From assembly GCA_003551435.1 (NCBI GenBank), contig PUMQ01000006.1, positions 1 to 51,208 on the forward strand: a stretch of DNA of 51,208 nt. The letters run 5' to 3'. Origin of the DNA: Candidatus Nealsonbacteria bacterium. GTDB lineage: Bacteria > Patescibacteriota > Minisyncoccia > Minisyncoccales > PWPS01. Position 1 is the first letter of the stretch. The number at the start of each line of letters is the position of its first letter. The translations under genes and the position numbers were made by a program. Of this stretch, positions 19,082-27,556 are shown piece after piece. The notes below the pieces were generated by a model. It saw only the letters and a list, made by a program, of their open reading frames with translations. It did no database searches and was not told the DNA's origin.

Positions 19082-21529
19082 CTATCCTCCCAGTTTTGCC
19101 CTCTCCATAATTTCCGCTTCCACAATCTCTCTCGGCCTTCCGTATCTCATTTTGGAAACTTCTCGCGCCCTTTTTGCCATTTCCTCGTCCCCTTCGGCCG
19201 CCTTCAGGGCGGCTACTTTAAAGGGAGAGGTAATTTTATTATTGGCCATCATCTTTAAAATATACTGGAAGTTGTCAATGTTCCCCAGGTCAAACTTGGA
19301 AAACTCCGGCTCAAACTGCTTTTCTAAAAACTCAGCGTCCGTAGGCCCTATTCTGAAAGAAGCCATCGTCCCCACGTTTCCGATAACCGCATTTTTTATC
19401 TCTTCCTTTAGTTGGGGTATATACTGGTGGGCAATGGTCAGATTGAGCCTGTACTTACGCGCTTCGGAAAGTATAGTGGCGATACTGTCGGTGGTAAAGT
19501 TTTGGAATTCATCTACGTAAAGATAAAAGTCTTGCCTCTCTTCTTGAAGCATTCTGGCGCGCCTCAAGGCGGCAACCTGCATCTTGGAAACCAAAACAAG
19601 ACCTAGAAGAGAGCTATTTATTTCCCCGGTAAGCCCCTTGGAAAGGTTTGCCAGGAATATCTTTTTCTCGTCCATTATTTTTTCCAAATTAAATCCTGAC
19701 TTTTGCTGTCCCACGATGTTTCTCATCATCTCATCGGAAACAAACCTCCCAATTTTAGAAACCACGTACCCGAGCATGTCCGACCTTGTCTGCCCGGTTG
19801 TTTGCTGCCACTCTTTAAGCCAGAAGTTCCTTACCACCGGGTCGGAAACCTTCTTTAACTGTTCTTCCATAAACCGGTTGTCGGTAAAAATGCGGGGTAT
19901 CTCCACAATGGTCCCCGGATTGTCTTTGTCGGCGGCAATGGCCGCCATTGCATTCCGCATATAGTACTCAAACATCGGCCCGATGAACTCCGCCAGAAAA
20001 AGGTGGGAGAAAATGGTCACCATCTCGGAAATGGCAAAGTCTCTCTGCTCGGGAGTCTGCCACTCGAGCATATTAAGTCCGCACGGCCTTTCCCTGTCGA
20101 ACGGTTCAAAAAGAACCACGTCGTCTATTCTTTCTTTGGGAATGTTTTTCAGGGTGTCTTCAACAAGTTCCCCGTGAGGATCTATTACTCCCACTCCCTC
20201 TCCTCTTTCTATATCCTGGCGAATCATCTCCCGCATAAGATTGGTCTTACCCACACCGGTCTGTCCGATGATATAAAAGTGTCTCCTTCTGTCGTCCCGG
20301 GAAGCAAAATGGATTTTTTTCCTTTCACCCCGGTAAACCGCTTCTCCAAGAAGAACGGAACCCGTTTCCGGAAGCTCCGAAGGAGGAGGGGCTTCTTTTG
20401 CCTTAACCCACTTTATATTAGGGCTTTCCGTATGAGACAGCGGAAGATGATAAATGCTCGTCATTTCGGCAGTATTTAAAATAGAAACCTGTTCTTTCCT
20501 GAAATCGCGAAAGCTGAAATCGTAAATCATTTTTTTTAGCGCCCTCTTCCTTACTCTCCTGGCATTAAAACCATTAAGGCCGGATGTAAGCTGGGAAAAA
20601 CTTCCCTCCAAGTTTTGCAGTATCTCTTCGGATCTTTTTTTATCCCCGGCCACACCGACAAGACGGATATTAACATCAAAGGCGGGCTTTTTTATTTTCG
20701 TTCTTATAAGCTCAATTGTCGTTTCATCAACACGCGACTCCTTTTGTCCTTCCTTTTCTTTTTTATCCTTAGAAAAGAAAACATCGGCTAATTCTCGAAA
20801 AATCTTTTTAAGGGGCCCTGCCATTACGTAAGAAATCGCCTCTTCCAGCCTTTTCTCATCGCTTATGATTTTAGACAGAAGTTTTTCTCCTTTTTTCCTT
20901 ATGCTAAAAGAGGTGGGCCTTATTACCATCTGCACAGCCGCTCCCTCGTCGGCATTTATCCCGCTTACCGAGTTAACAATGGCCTCCAGCGGATCTCTTC
21001 CGAGTTCTTCATATGTATTTACCGGTATAAAGAAAGTGTTTTTTTGAGTTAAGTAAGAGGCGGAAACCTCTCCTCCGGGTTCAAAAATAGTGTAGTCACT
21101 GGGTACTTTTTCAATAACCGCCCCCGAATAAATCCCTTGAACATACTTATTGAGTGAATTTTCGTAACTTGTGGGAACGGCAATATAAAAAGAGATATCT
21201 CCTTGACCAATTTCCGAGGCAATTTCTAAAACCACCCTCGGTGTGCCGTAAAAAAACTTTTTAAAAAAATTGTCTCCCCTGCCAAGAGAGAGGAAGTTGG
21301 AATAAAACTGTTCCATTTTAGAAACAGCTCTCCTCTCTTCTTCCTTCTGATCCACTCTCTCCTTGCCTATATTTTCGTATCGCGGCATTCTCACCAAAAA
21401 AAGAGACATATCCAAGCTTCTCTCCAGAGTGTTTTTTCTTTTTTTCCGGATTATCAGGAAAAAAAGCAGAAGAATCAAAACAAAAACGCCGGAAAAAATC
21501 AGTGTAGTAATGTTTACGGGAATGTACAT
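19082..21529 (-). CDS. Membrane-anchored TraD/VirD4/HerA-like P-loop ATPase
   Basis: N-terminal TM; Walker A GQTGVGKT; VIDPHGE; Walker B LYVDEFQNF; SEARKY..AHQ; alternative TTG start at 21562. Confidence 0.9.
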   Translation of the reverse strand: MYIPVNITTLIFSGVFVLILLLFFLIIRKKRKNTLERSLDMSLFLVRMPRYENIGKERVDQKEEERRAVSKMEQFYSNFLSLGRGDNFFKKFFYGTPRVVLEIASEIGQGDISFYIAVPTSYENSLNKYVQGIYSGAVIEKVPSDYTIFEPGGEVSASYLTQKNTFFIPVNTYEELGRDPLEAIVNSVSGINADEGAAVQMVIRPTSFSIRKKGEKLLSKIISDEKRLEEAISYVMAGPLKKIFRELADVFFSKDKKEKEGQKESRVDETTIELIRTKIKKPAFDVNIRLVGVAGDKKRSEEILQNLEGSFSQLTSGLNGFNARRVRKRALKKMIYDFSFRDFRKEQVSILNTAEMTSIYHLPLSHTESPNIKWVKAKEAPPPSELPETGSVLLGEAVYRGERKKIHFASRDDRRRHFYIIGQTGVGKTNLMREMIRQDIERGEGVGVIDPHGELVEDTLKNIPKERIDDVVLFEPFDRERPCGLNMLEWQTPEQRDFAISEMVTIFSHLFLAEFIGPMFEYYMRNAMAAIAADKDNPGTIVEIPRIFTDNRFMEEQLKKVSDPVVRNFWLKEWQQTTGQTRSDMLGYVVSKIGRFVSDEMMRNIVGQQKSGFNLEKIMDEKKIFLANLSKGLTGEINSSLLGLVLVSKMQVAALRRARMLQEERQDFYLYVDEFQNFTTDSIATILSEARKYRLNLTIAHQYIPQLKEEIKNAVIGNVGTMASFRIGPTDAEFLEKQFEPEFSKFDLGNIDNFQYILKMMANNKITSPFKVAALKAAEGDEEMAKRAREVSKMRYGRPREIVEAEIMERAKLGG

Positions 21530-21558
21530 TTTTTTATCTTCTAAAGAAATATTCCGAA

Positions 21559-21927
21559 TCAACCGGATAAAAATCTTTTATAAGCGGCATCTTTCGCCAA
21601 AACATCGTGGTAAATATCAAGCAGAAAAGGATTGTTCTGCTTGCGCGCTTCTTTTATTGAACGTTCAAGGCCCTTTGTTTCCGCCAAAGCCAGAAGCTCC
21701 TTTATTTTTCCTTTGATAAGCAGTTTTTTTTCCTCCTCCTCTTTTTTCAAGTTATCTTTATCTTTCCGAGGAACAGAAAAACTGGGCGGAGAGGGCTCTT
21801 TTTTTTCTTCTTTTTTTTCCACGAGGATTTCACTTTTTTCCGTTTCTACCCCTTTCTCTTTGTACCACTCACTGATTATCTCTTTGCTTATCTCCTCTTT
21901 TTCCATTTTTTTTAAATCTTCGGACAT
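21559..21927 (-). CDS. Hypothetical protein directly upstream of the ATPase
   Basis: Charged N-terminus and helical C-terminal domain (KGLERSI...NPFLLDIYHDVL); TATAAT upstream. Confidence 0.75.
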   Translation of the reverse strand: MSEDLKKMEKEEISKEIISEWYKEKGVETEKSEILVEKKEEKKEPSPPSFSVPRKDKDNLKKEEEEKKLLIKGKIKELLALAETKGLERSIKEARKQNNPFLLDIYHDVLAKDAAYKRFLSG

Positions 21928-21987
21928 GTTTTGGCAATCTAGTTTATTTGTGTATTATAAAGGCAAAACCGATAAAAAACAACCATT

Positions 21988-22012
21988 AAAAAGCCCGGGT
22001 GCGCAACCGGGC
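21988..22012 (-). terminator. Intrinsic terminator after ybaB
   Basis: GCCCGG-N8-CCGGGC followed by a U tract. Confidence 0.7.
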
Positions 22013-22083
22013 ATTAGAAATTTAACTTACAAGATTTCCGCACTTGCGAGGCTTGGTATCGCAAACCCGTAAATCAAAATAAA

Positions 22084-22329
22084 TTATCGCATGGACTGCA
22101 TCTTTTGGGCGATGCTCATCTGTATCTTGCGCATCGCTCCGTTTAGGCATTTTTTGAGCGCCTCTTCCTGTTCTTCTTTGGAAATAGCAGGGTTTAGTTC
22201 TATTTTTACAATTTCCAGTTTTCCGTTGACCACTGCCCTCACTCCGTTTTCTTTTTCCTCTACGGTTTCTTTTTCCAGTTCGCTCTGCAACTTGTAAAGC
22301 TCCTTTGCTTGTTTTAATTGATTAAACAT
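22084..22329 (-). CDS. ybaB: YbaB/EbfC nucleoid-associated protein (short form)
   Basis: LKQAKELYKLQSEL, GVRAVVNGKLEIVKIELNP, CLNGAMRK. Confidence 0.85.
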   Translation of the reverse strand: MFNQLKQAKELYKLQSELEKETVEEKENGVRAVVNGKLEIVKIELNPAISKEEQEEALKKCLNGAMRKIQMSIAQKMQSMR

Positions 22330-22340
22330 AACATTAGATA

Positions 22341-22366
22341 AAAAAACTGCCTCAAGAGAGGTAGTC
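22341..22366 (-). terminator. Intrinsic terminator of the 6S-like RNA
   Basis: GACUACCUC-ucuu-GAGGCAGUU plus U tract. Confidence 0.8.
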
Positions 22367-22372
22367 TTTAAC

Positions 22373-22503
22373 GCCCGCCCGTTGTTTTCAGAGAAATCTG
22401 AGAATTAAACTAGGTGGGTGCCTCAGTCACAACCCACGGGCTGTGAATCATATATGGCTCCCTTAAGTAAACAATTCAGATTTTTGATCTTAACGGGCAG
22501 GCA
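22373..22503 (-). ncRNA. ssrS: Compact 6S RNA candidate
   Basis: Closing stem GCCUGCCCGUU/AACGGGCGGGC; 6S-type GGGAGCC...GGCACCCACCU motifs; own promoter and terminator. Confidence 0.72.
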
Positions 22504-22509
22504 ACTACC

Positions 22510-22538
22510 AGCTTATACTCTTTTAAGGATGGTGTCAA
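22510..22538 (-). promoter_or_regulatory. Promoter of the 6S-like RNA
   Basis: TTGACA-N17-TAAGCT. Confidence 0.75.
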
Positions 22539-22542
22539 CCCT

Positions 22543-23610
22543 TTAAATTTTTAAAATGTCCGTAAGTTGTTTGATAAAAGAAACCACCACTGGAGGAGCC
22601 AGTAAGCTGTGGCTTTCCTTCCCATTGTCGTCTTTTATCGTCCAGGGAACCTCCTCTATCTCCACCTCTTCTTCTTTGTTTAAACGGTACTTGTACTCCG
22701 GAGTAAGCTCGTACTTTGCAAAATACTCATCGGCTTTTTCTACCGGAATAGAGTTTCTTAAAAGAATTTTGGGTATCCCGTGGAGACTAAAGGCTTGCCT
22801 GATAAGTTTCTCATCCATATCCAGCCTTTCTTTTATGGGTTCCACTCCTCTTTCATCCCCTTCTTTGCGCTCCATCTTTTCCTCCGTGCAGCCGGGGGCA
22901 TCGCAGATAAGATAAAACTCTTCTTTTTCTTTGTCATAACCTATCTTGGAGGTAGGAAGAAGTTTTAGGTTTCTGGAAGTGTTGCATTTCGGGCATACCC
23001 GGCGCCATTTTATTCGTTCGTCAATTACTTGTTCGGGAACGTCAATCAAGGCAAAAAAATCGTCGTCATCGCGGTAGCCGATAAGATCCCGAAAAAAGAG
23101 GGAATAAGATATTTGGTCCATATCCCGCGGAAAGCCGTCTATGAAAATAACTTTTCTTTCTCTTCTGCTAATCTCTCTTTTCACGAGAGTAAGAATAAAG
23201 TCGGTAGGAAGAAGTTTGGTAGTGCTCCTTCCTTCCAAAATGCTTATCACTTCTTCAAGAGGATTCCATCCGCGATAATTTTTTTCCAAAAAAGAAAGGA
23301 GTTCTTTTCTTTTGTTTTCGTCTTTAATTTCTTCGTCCACCCCTCTTACCATGTCCCCGATAGAAAAGTGGTCTATTTTTTCCGGGTCAATCACTTCGGC
23401 GAGCATCTTGGAGTAAGTTCCTTTCCCGGAACTTTTTTTACCAAGCAGGTAGACGATAAAAGCGTTATTTTCAAGATATTTCCTTATTTTCTTTATCTCT
23501 TCCCCCGCTTTAAAGAAAAAATACTCCTCCCTTTCTTTCGGGTCGGAGAGATTAAACTCGCGATCATCTTTTTTTTTGGTTCCAAAAATCGGAAATTCTA
23601 TGTCTTTCAT
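22543..23610 (-). CDS. Enlarged adenylate kinase/NMP-kinase family protein
   Basis: P-loop GKKSSGKGT, HFSIGDMVR, IDGFPR, zinc LID CPKC...CDAPGC. Confidence 0.85.
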   Translation of the reverse strand: MKDIEFPIFGTKKKDDREFNLSDPKEREEYFFFKAGEEIKKIRKYLENNAFIVYLLGKKSSGKGTYSKMLAEVIDPEKIDHFSIGDMVRGVDEEIKDENKRKELLSFLEKNYRGWNPLEEVISILEGRSTTKLLPTDFILTLVKREISRRERKVIFIDGFPRDMDQISYSLFFRDLIGYRDDDDFFALIDVPEQVIDERIKWRRVCPKCNTSRNLKLLPTSKIGYDKEKEEFYLICDAPGCTEEKMERKEGDERGVEPIKERLDMDEKLIRQAFSLHGIPKILLRNSIPVEKADEYFAKYELTPEYKYRLNKEEEVEIEEVPWTIKDDNGKESHSLLAPPVVVSFIKQLTDILKI

Positions 23611-23695
23611 ATCTTAAAAATTTATTTTGTAATAACTTTACTCTCTGGCAAGTTTTTTGCCCGGACAAACGCATCTCAAAATTCTTCTTAAGAGA

Positions 23696-24397
23696 TTACT
23701 CTTTTTTGCCTTCAATATTCTTTTTAATAATTTCGAGAGCTTCTTCGGGAGTATCCACCAGAGTGAAAATATCCAGGTTTTCTCCTTTGATTGCCTGATA
23801 TTTGTAACAGAGTGAATCTCTCATCCAAGAAAAAAGAGGAGCCCAGTAATCTTCTCCAACGGCAATCACCGGAGCCCCTCCGGGGATTTTTTTCGTTTGA
23901 ATAAGGGTAATCGTTTCAAAAAATTCGTCAAGCGTTCCGAAACCGCCCGGGAAAAAAACATATCCGGAAGAAGAGAAAGAAAGCATTACTTTACGAGTGA
24001 AAAAATAGTAAAAGCCAATAGATTTGCGCAAATATTTGTTCGCCCTCTCTCCTTCCTCAAACTGAATGTTGATGCCCACGGAATTTCCCCCTTCCTCATA
24101 CGCTCCCTTGTTTGCCGCTTCCATTATTCCTGGCCCTCCCCCGGTAACAACGGCAAAATCTTCCTTTGCAAGAAGCTGCCCCAAACGAAGCGCTTTCTGA
24201 TAATGAGGGCTGTCTTCTTTAAAGGAGCTTGACCCGAAGATGGTGACCGACTTTTTAAAATCGGCAACAAACTGAAATCCTTCCACAAACTCCGCCATTA
24301 TCCTGAAGATTCTCCAGCCGTAAGTTTCACGAAAATCTTCCGCTGCCGGAGGAAGATCCATATCCGGGACTTTTGAGAGATCAATTTTTTTGTTCAT
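23696..24397 (-). CDS. LOG family nucleotide phosphoribohydrolase (TIGR00730-like)
   Basis: TGGGPGIMEAANKGA, FFTRKVM, PGGFGTLDE. Confidence 0.94.
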   Translation of the reverse strand: MNKKIDLSKVPDMDLPPAAEDFRETYGWRIFRIMAEFVEGFQFVADFKKSVTIFGSSSFKEDSPHYQKALRLGQLLAKEDFAVVTGGGPGIMEAANKGAYEEGGNSVGINIQFEEGERANKYLRKSIGFYYFFTRKVMLSFSSSGYVFFPGGFGTLDEFFETITLIQTKKIPGGAPVIAVGEDYWAPLFSWMRDSLCYKYQAIKGENLDIFTLVDTPEEALEIIKKNIEGKKE

Positions 24398-24415
24398 ATT
24401 TTTTGAAATATATCT

Positions 24416-24874
24416 TTACTGCTCTTTTTTCCTTCTCTTTTCTCTTATAAACCTGTTTTCCAAAGAGGTGACCCCGTGAAAAACAAAAAGCGTGATAAGG
24501 GCGGCAGAAAGTGCTAAAAGATAAAGCTGCATTCCCACCGCCGCACCGACGGCGGCCGCAATCCAAAGCCCCGCCGCAGTGGTAAGGCCTTCTACCGCAA
24601 ATGCTCTTTTTATAATAAGCCCTCCTCCGATAAAGCCGACTCCCAGCACCACCGCCGCCAAAACACGGGAAGGATCAAAACTTAATTCTTCTCCCTTAAA
24701 GTCATAAAAAGCCCTATATCCTAAAACAATAAAAAGGGCCGCTCCCAAGGAGACCAAAGAGTGGGTTTTTATCCCCGCCGGTTTGCTTTTGTACTCTCTC
24801 TCTAACCCGATGCACGCTCCCAAAAAAGCCGCTAAAAGAAGTTGTAAAAAAGTAGTAACTATTGTCAGATCCAT
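24416..24874 (-). CDS. MgtC/SapB family membrane protein
   Basis: IGLERE, AGIKTH, DPSR, GVGFIGGG, GLTTAA. Confidence 0.94.
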   Translation of the reverse strand: MDLTIVTTFLQLLLAAFLGACIGLEREYKSKPAGIKTHSLVSLGAALFIVLGYRAFYDFKGEELSFDPSRVLAAVVLGVGFIGGGLIIKRAFAVEGLTTAAGLWIAAAVGAAVGMQLYLLALSAALITLFVFHGVTSLENRFIREKRRKKEQ

Positions 24875-24942
24875 TTTTTGATAATCCTTTGTTTTTGTGC
24901 TTCCTTTATTATAGAGTATTTTTCTTTCTTGGCAACAAAAAG

Positions 24943-25818
24943 TTATTTTTTTGGCGAGGAGATATTGAAAACTATATCTCCGTGCAGATCGGTACGTTTT
25001 ATTTTAACGCCGTGTTCTTCTAACTTTTCCAGAGTTTCCCTGTGCGGGTGACCAAAACGGTTCCCTTCTCCCGCCATGATTACCGCTACCTCCGGGAAAA
25101 CAGCTTCTAAAAATTCTTCTGACGTAGAGGTTCTCGATCCGTGGTGGCCTACCTTGAGAACATCCGAATTAAGCAAGAGAAAATCGCAATCCGCCTTTTC
25201 TTTTCTGCGGCACTCTTCTTTGTAAGAAATAATTTCCTTTTCTTGGTCGGCATAAGCATCCCCTGTAAAAAGAAAACTGTAATCTTCCCTGAAAACAAAG
25301 CGGGAAACAATAGAAACGGTATTAAGGTCGTCTACATGCTCTCCCTGAAAGTCTTCCGCCGGATATAAAATGTCAAGATAAAAGTCGTTTGCCGATATTC
25401 TCTGCCCTGCCTGCGCTTTTCGGTAACCCGTCTCTTCAATTTTTCTTGACCACTCTCTGGCTACCGCTGTCTCTCCCAAAACCCCCGTGCAGAGCACCTC
25501 TTTTACTCGGTAGCGGTCCAAAATTTCAATAAGGCCCGAAACATGGTCACTGTGGGGATGGGTCAAGATAACAAGATCAATTGTGTTGTAAAAAAAGGGC
25601 ATTTCACGCCCCAGCTTTTCCAAAACTTTGTTCCCCGGCCCCCCGTCTATCAAAATATGGTGCTTCCGGGGAGTTCTTATAAGAATCGCATCCCCTTGCC
25701 CTACGTCAAAAAAGACAACTCTCAGCTTTTCATCGCGAAGATAAAAAAGAAAACTCCACGAGAAAAAGTTGAAGATAACAAGCAGTCCCAAGAGAATCGC
25801 CACCTCCTTTACCTTCAT
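24943..25818 (-). CDS. ComEC/Rec2-type metallo-beta-lactamase domain protein with N-terminal TM
   Basis: FFDVGQGDA, LIDGG, THPHSDH, FTGD, LKVGHHGS, FGHPH. Confidence 0.92.
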   Translation of the reverse strand: MKVKEVAILLGLLVIFNFFSWSFLFYLRDEKLRVVFFDVGQGDAILIRTPRKHHILIDGGPGNKVLEKLGREMPFFYNTIDLVILTHPHSDHVSGLIEILDRYRVKEVLCTGVLGETAVAREWSRKIEETGYRKAQAGQRISANDFYLDILYPAEDFQGEHVDDLNTVSIVSRFVFREDYSFLFTGDAYADQEKEIISYKEECRRKEKADCDFLLLNSDVLKVGHHGSRTSTSEEFLEAVFPEVAVIMAGEGNRFGHPHRETLEKLEEHGVKIKRTDLHGDIVFNISSPKK

Positions 25819-25831
25819 AACCGAAAACCTC

Positions 25832-25861
25832 AAAACCACCAAGAAGTGTTCCTTGGTGGTT
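25832..25861 (-). terminator. Terminator after the zinc-ribbon gene
   Basis: AACCACCAAG/CTTGGTGGTT inverted repeat with U tail. Confidence 0.75.
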
Positions 25862-25879
25862 CTGAAAAGTTATAAAAAG

Positions 25880-26038
25880 TTAGGCCTTTCCGAGAATTCT
25901 AAACATCTTTGTTCCGCAAGAAGGGCACTGCCCTGACATTGCTCTCCTCTTCGCTCCCCCTTTTCCTTTCATTTCTACCTCTTTAGCGTCTTTCATTTCT
26001 TTTTTCGCTTTACATTTTACACAATATCCTTCCGTCAT
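25880..26038 (-). CDS. 52-aa zinc-ribbon protein (DUF5679-like), absent from the ORF track
   Basis: Manual translation MTEGYCVKCKAKKEMKDAKEVEMKGKGGAKRRAMSGQCPSCGTKMFRILGKA; two CxxC pairs; flanked by a promoter and a terminator. Confidence 0.9.
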   Translation of the reverse strand: MTEGYCVKCKAKKEMKDAKEVEMKGKGGAKRRAMSGQCPSCGTKMFRILGKA

Positions 26039-26152
26039 AATACTTTAGGCCTATAACTTGTGGTTGCCGAGCCACTTTCTGGCCGAGCTATAAACCCACC
26101 CGTTATTAGCCGTTTGTTACTTGTTATTTTCTACGACCTTTATTTCTCCTTC

Positions 26153-26181
26153 ATTATACCGAAAAAAAGCGGATAAAACAA
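26153..26181 (-). promoter_or_regulatory. Promoter of the zinc-ribbon gene
   Basis: TTGTTT-N17-TATAAT. Confidence 0.65.
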
Positions 26182-26204
26182 GCCCAAGGGCTTAAAAAAA
26201 GCTT

Positions 26205-27338
26205 TTAGACAATTTTTCTTTCCGTTTCTTTAATCGCTTCTTCTACCAAGTGTTCTTTTTTGATCTTTTCTTCTTCTCTTTCTGCCTGCAAAATGCTTCC
26301 TCCCGTTTCCGGACTTGCGGGGACAAACCTTATACAACAATCTTCCTCGGGAAGAATGGAAATTTCATACGTCTTCAAGTCTTTCGCCTCCTTTATTATC
26401 TCTTCCTTATCATACCCGATAAGGGGCCTGAAGACCGGTACTCCCGCCGTGTTTTCGGTGACAGCCATGTTTTTTGCTGTTTGTGAAGCAACCTGCCCCA
26501 AACTTTCTCCCGTTATAATCGCTTCTGCCTTTTCCTTTTTTGCAATCTCCGAAGCAATTCTTACCATAAAGCGCCTGTACAGGAGAACTCTTGTTTTTTC
26601 TTGCGTGCTTAGAACTATTTCTTTCTGTATCCGGTTAAAAGGAACAAGGTAAAGCACTGTTTTTCCTTGAAAAGAAGAAAGGATTTTCGCTATTCTTTTT
26701 ACTTTTTCAATAGACTGTTTGGAAGTTGCCGGATAGGCGTGGAAGTGGACAAAGATGTTTTTTACCCCTCTTTTTATCATACGGAAAGAAGCAACCGGAG
26801 AATCAATCCCTCCGGAAAGAAGAGAAACCGCTTTCCCGCCCGTACCAACAGGAAGGCCTCCAATCCCTTTTATTTTTTCAAAATAAACAAAAGCTCTTTC
26901 CTTTGCAATCTCTATAAAAAAAGTAATCTCCGGCAGGGAAAGATCAACCTTTTTCCCCGTTTTTTTCCGTATCGCTTCCCCCAAATCGGCGGCTACCTCG
27001 TTGGAGGCAGGAGAAAAGGACTTATCCCCCCTTTTTACTGTAACCCGAAAAGTATTGAATTTTTTCTTCTTAGCAAGAGAAACAACTTTTCTTCTTATCT
27101 CCTCTAAAGAAGGGAGAACTGCCTCGGCGGAGAAAAAATAGGCTATTCCGGGTATTTTTTCTATCTTCTCCTGAGCAGCTTTCCCTGTTTTAGAAACAAC
27201 AATCATCCCTCGGGGAGACGATACTTCCGCCCCGGGAAGAGTTTCCTTGATATTGGCAACGAGCTGCTCTTCAAAAAAACGACGGTTTTTCCCCTTAAGC
27301 CCCACTTCTCCGTAATGGCAAACCAAGTATTTTTTCAT
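26205..27338 (-). CDS. thiI: tRNA 4-thiouridine synthase ThiI (short form, no rhodanese domain)
   Basis: HYGEVGLKGKNR, THUMP region, PP-loop SGGIDS, GESLGQVASQT, EDCC. Confidence 0.96.
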   Translation of the reverse strand: MKKYLVCHYGEVGLKGKNRRFFEEQLVANIKETLPGAEVSSPRGMIVVSKTGKAAQEKIEKIPGIAYFFSAEAVLPSLEEIRRKVVSLAKKKKFNTFRVTVKRGDKSFSPASNEVAADLGEAIRKKTGKKVDLSLPEITFFIEIAKERAFVYFEKIKGIGGLPVGTGGKAVSLLSGGIDSPVASFRMIKRGVKNIFVHFHAYPATSKQSIEKVKRIAKILSSFQGKTVLYLVPFNRIQKEIVLSTQEKTRVLLYRRFMVRIASEIAKKEKAEAIITGESLGQVASQTAKNMAVTENTAGVPVFRPLIGYDKEEIIKEAKDLKTYEISILPEEDCCIRFVPASPETGGSILQAEREEEKIKKEHLVEEAIKETERKIV

Positions 27339-27535
27339 TTCCTTCTCTTATTTAAATCCGTGATAATTTTTTCTTTATCAAGGCCGTACATATCGGCAAC
27401 CTCCCCTATTTTAAGAAATTCTATCTCCACGGAAGCCATAGGGCAAGACAAACAAGGAACCCCGTGTTTTTCAAGCACTTTTCTTCCGTGTTCATTTTCC
27501 AGTATCTCTTTTAATGTTGTTTTTTCGTTAAACAC
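27335..27535 (-). CDS. DUF1858-like small CxxC protein
   Basis: TLKEIL...VLEKHGVPCLSCPMASVE...YGLD; 4-nt overlap with thiI. Confidence 0.78.
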   Translation of the reverse strand: MFNEKTTLKEILENEHGRKVLEKHGVPCLSCPMASVEIEFLKIGEVADMYGLDKEKIITDLNKRRK

Positions 27536-27556
27536 GGTGTAAAAATTTTTAATTTT

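Noticed and set aside
15165-21927. Integrative conjugative element at tRNA-Pro
   Set aside because: No integrase, relaxase or duplicated tRNA 3' end was seen, and composition matches the flanks.
22025-22075. Small fold in the ybaB 3' UTR
   Set aside because: Short, with no distinguishing motif; most simply an ordinary 3' UTR structure before the terminator.
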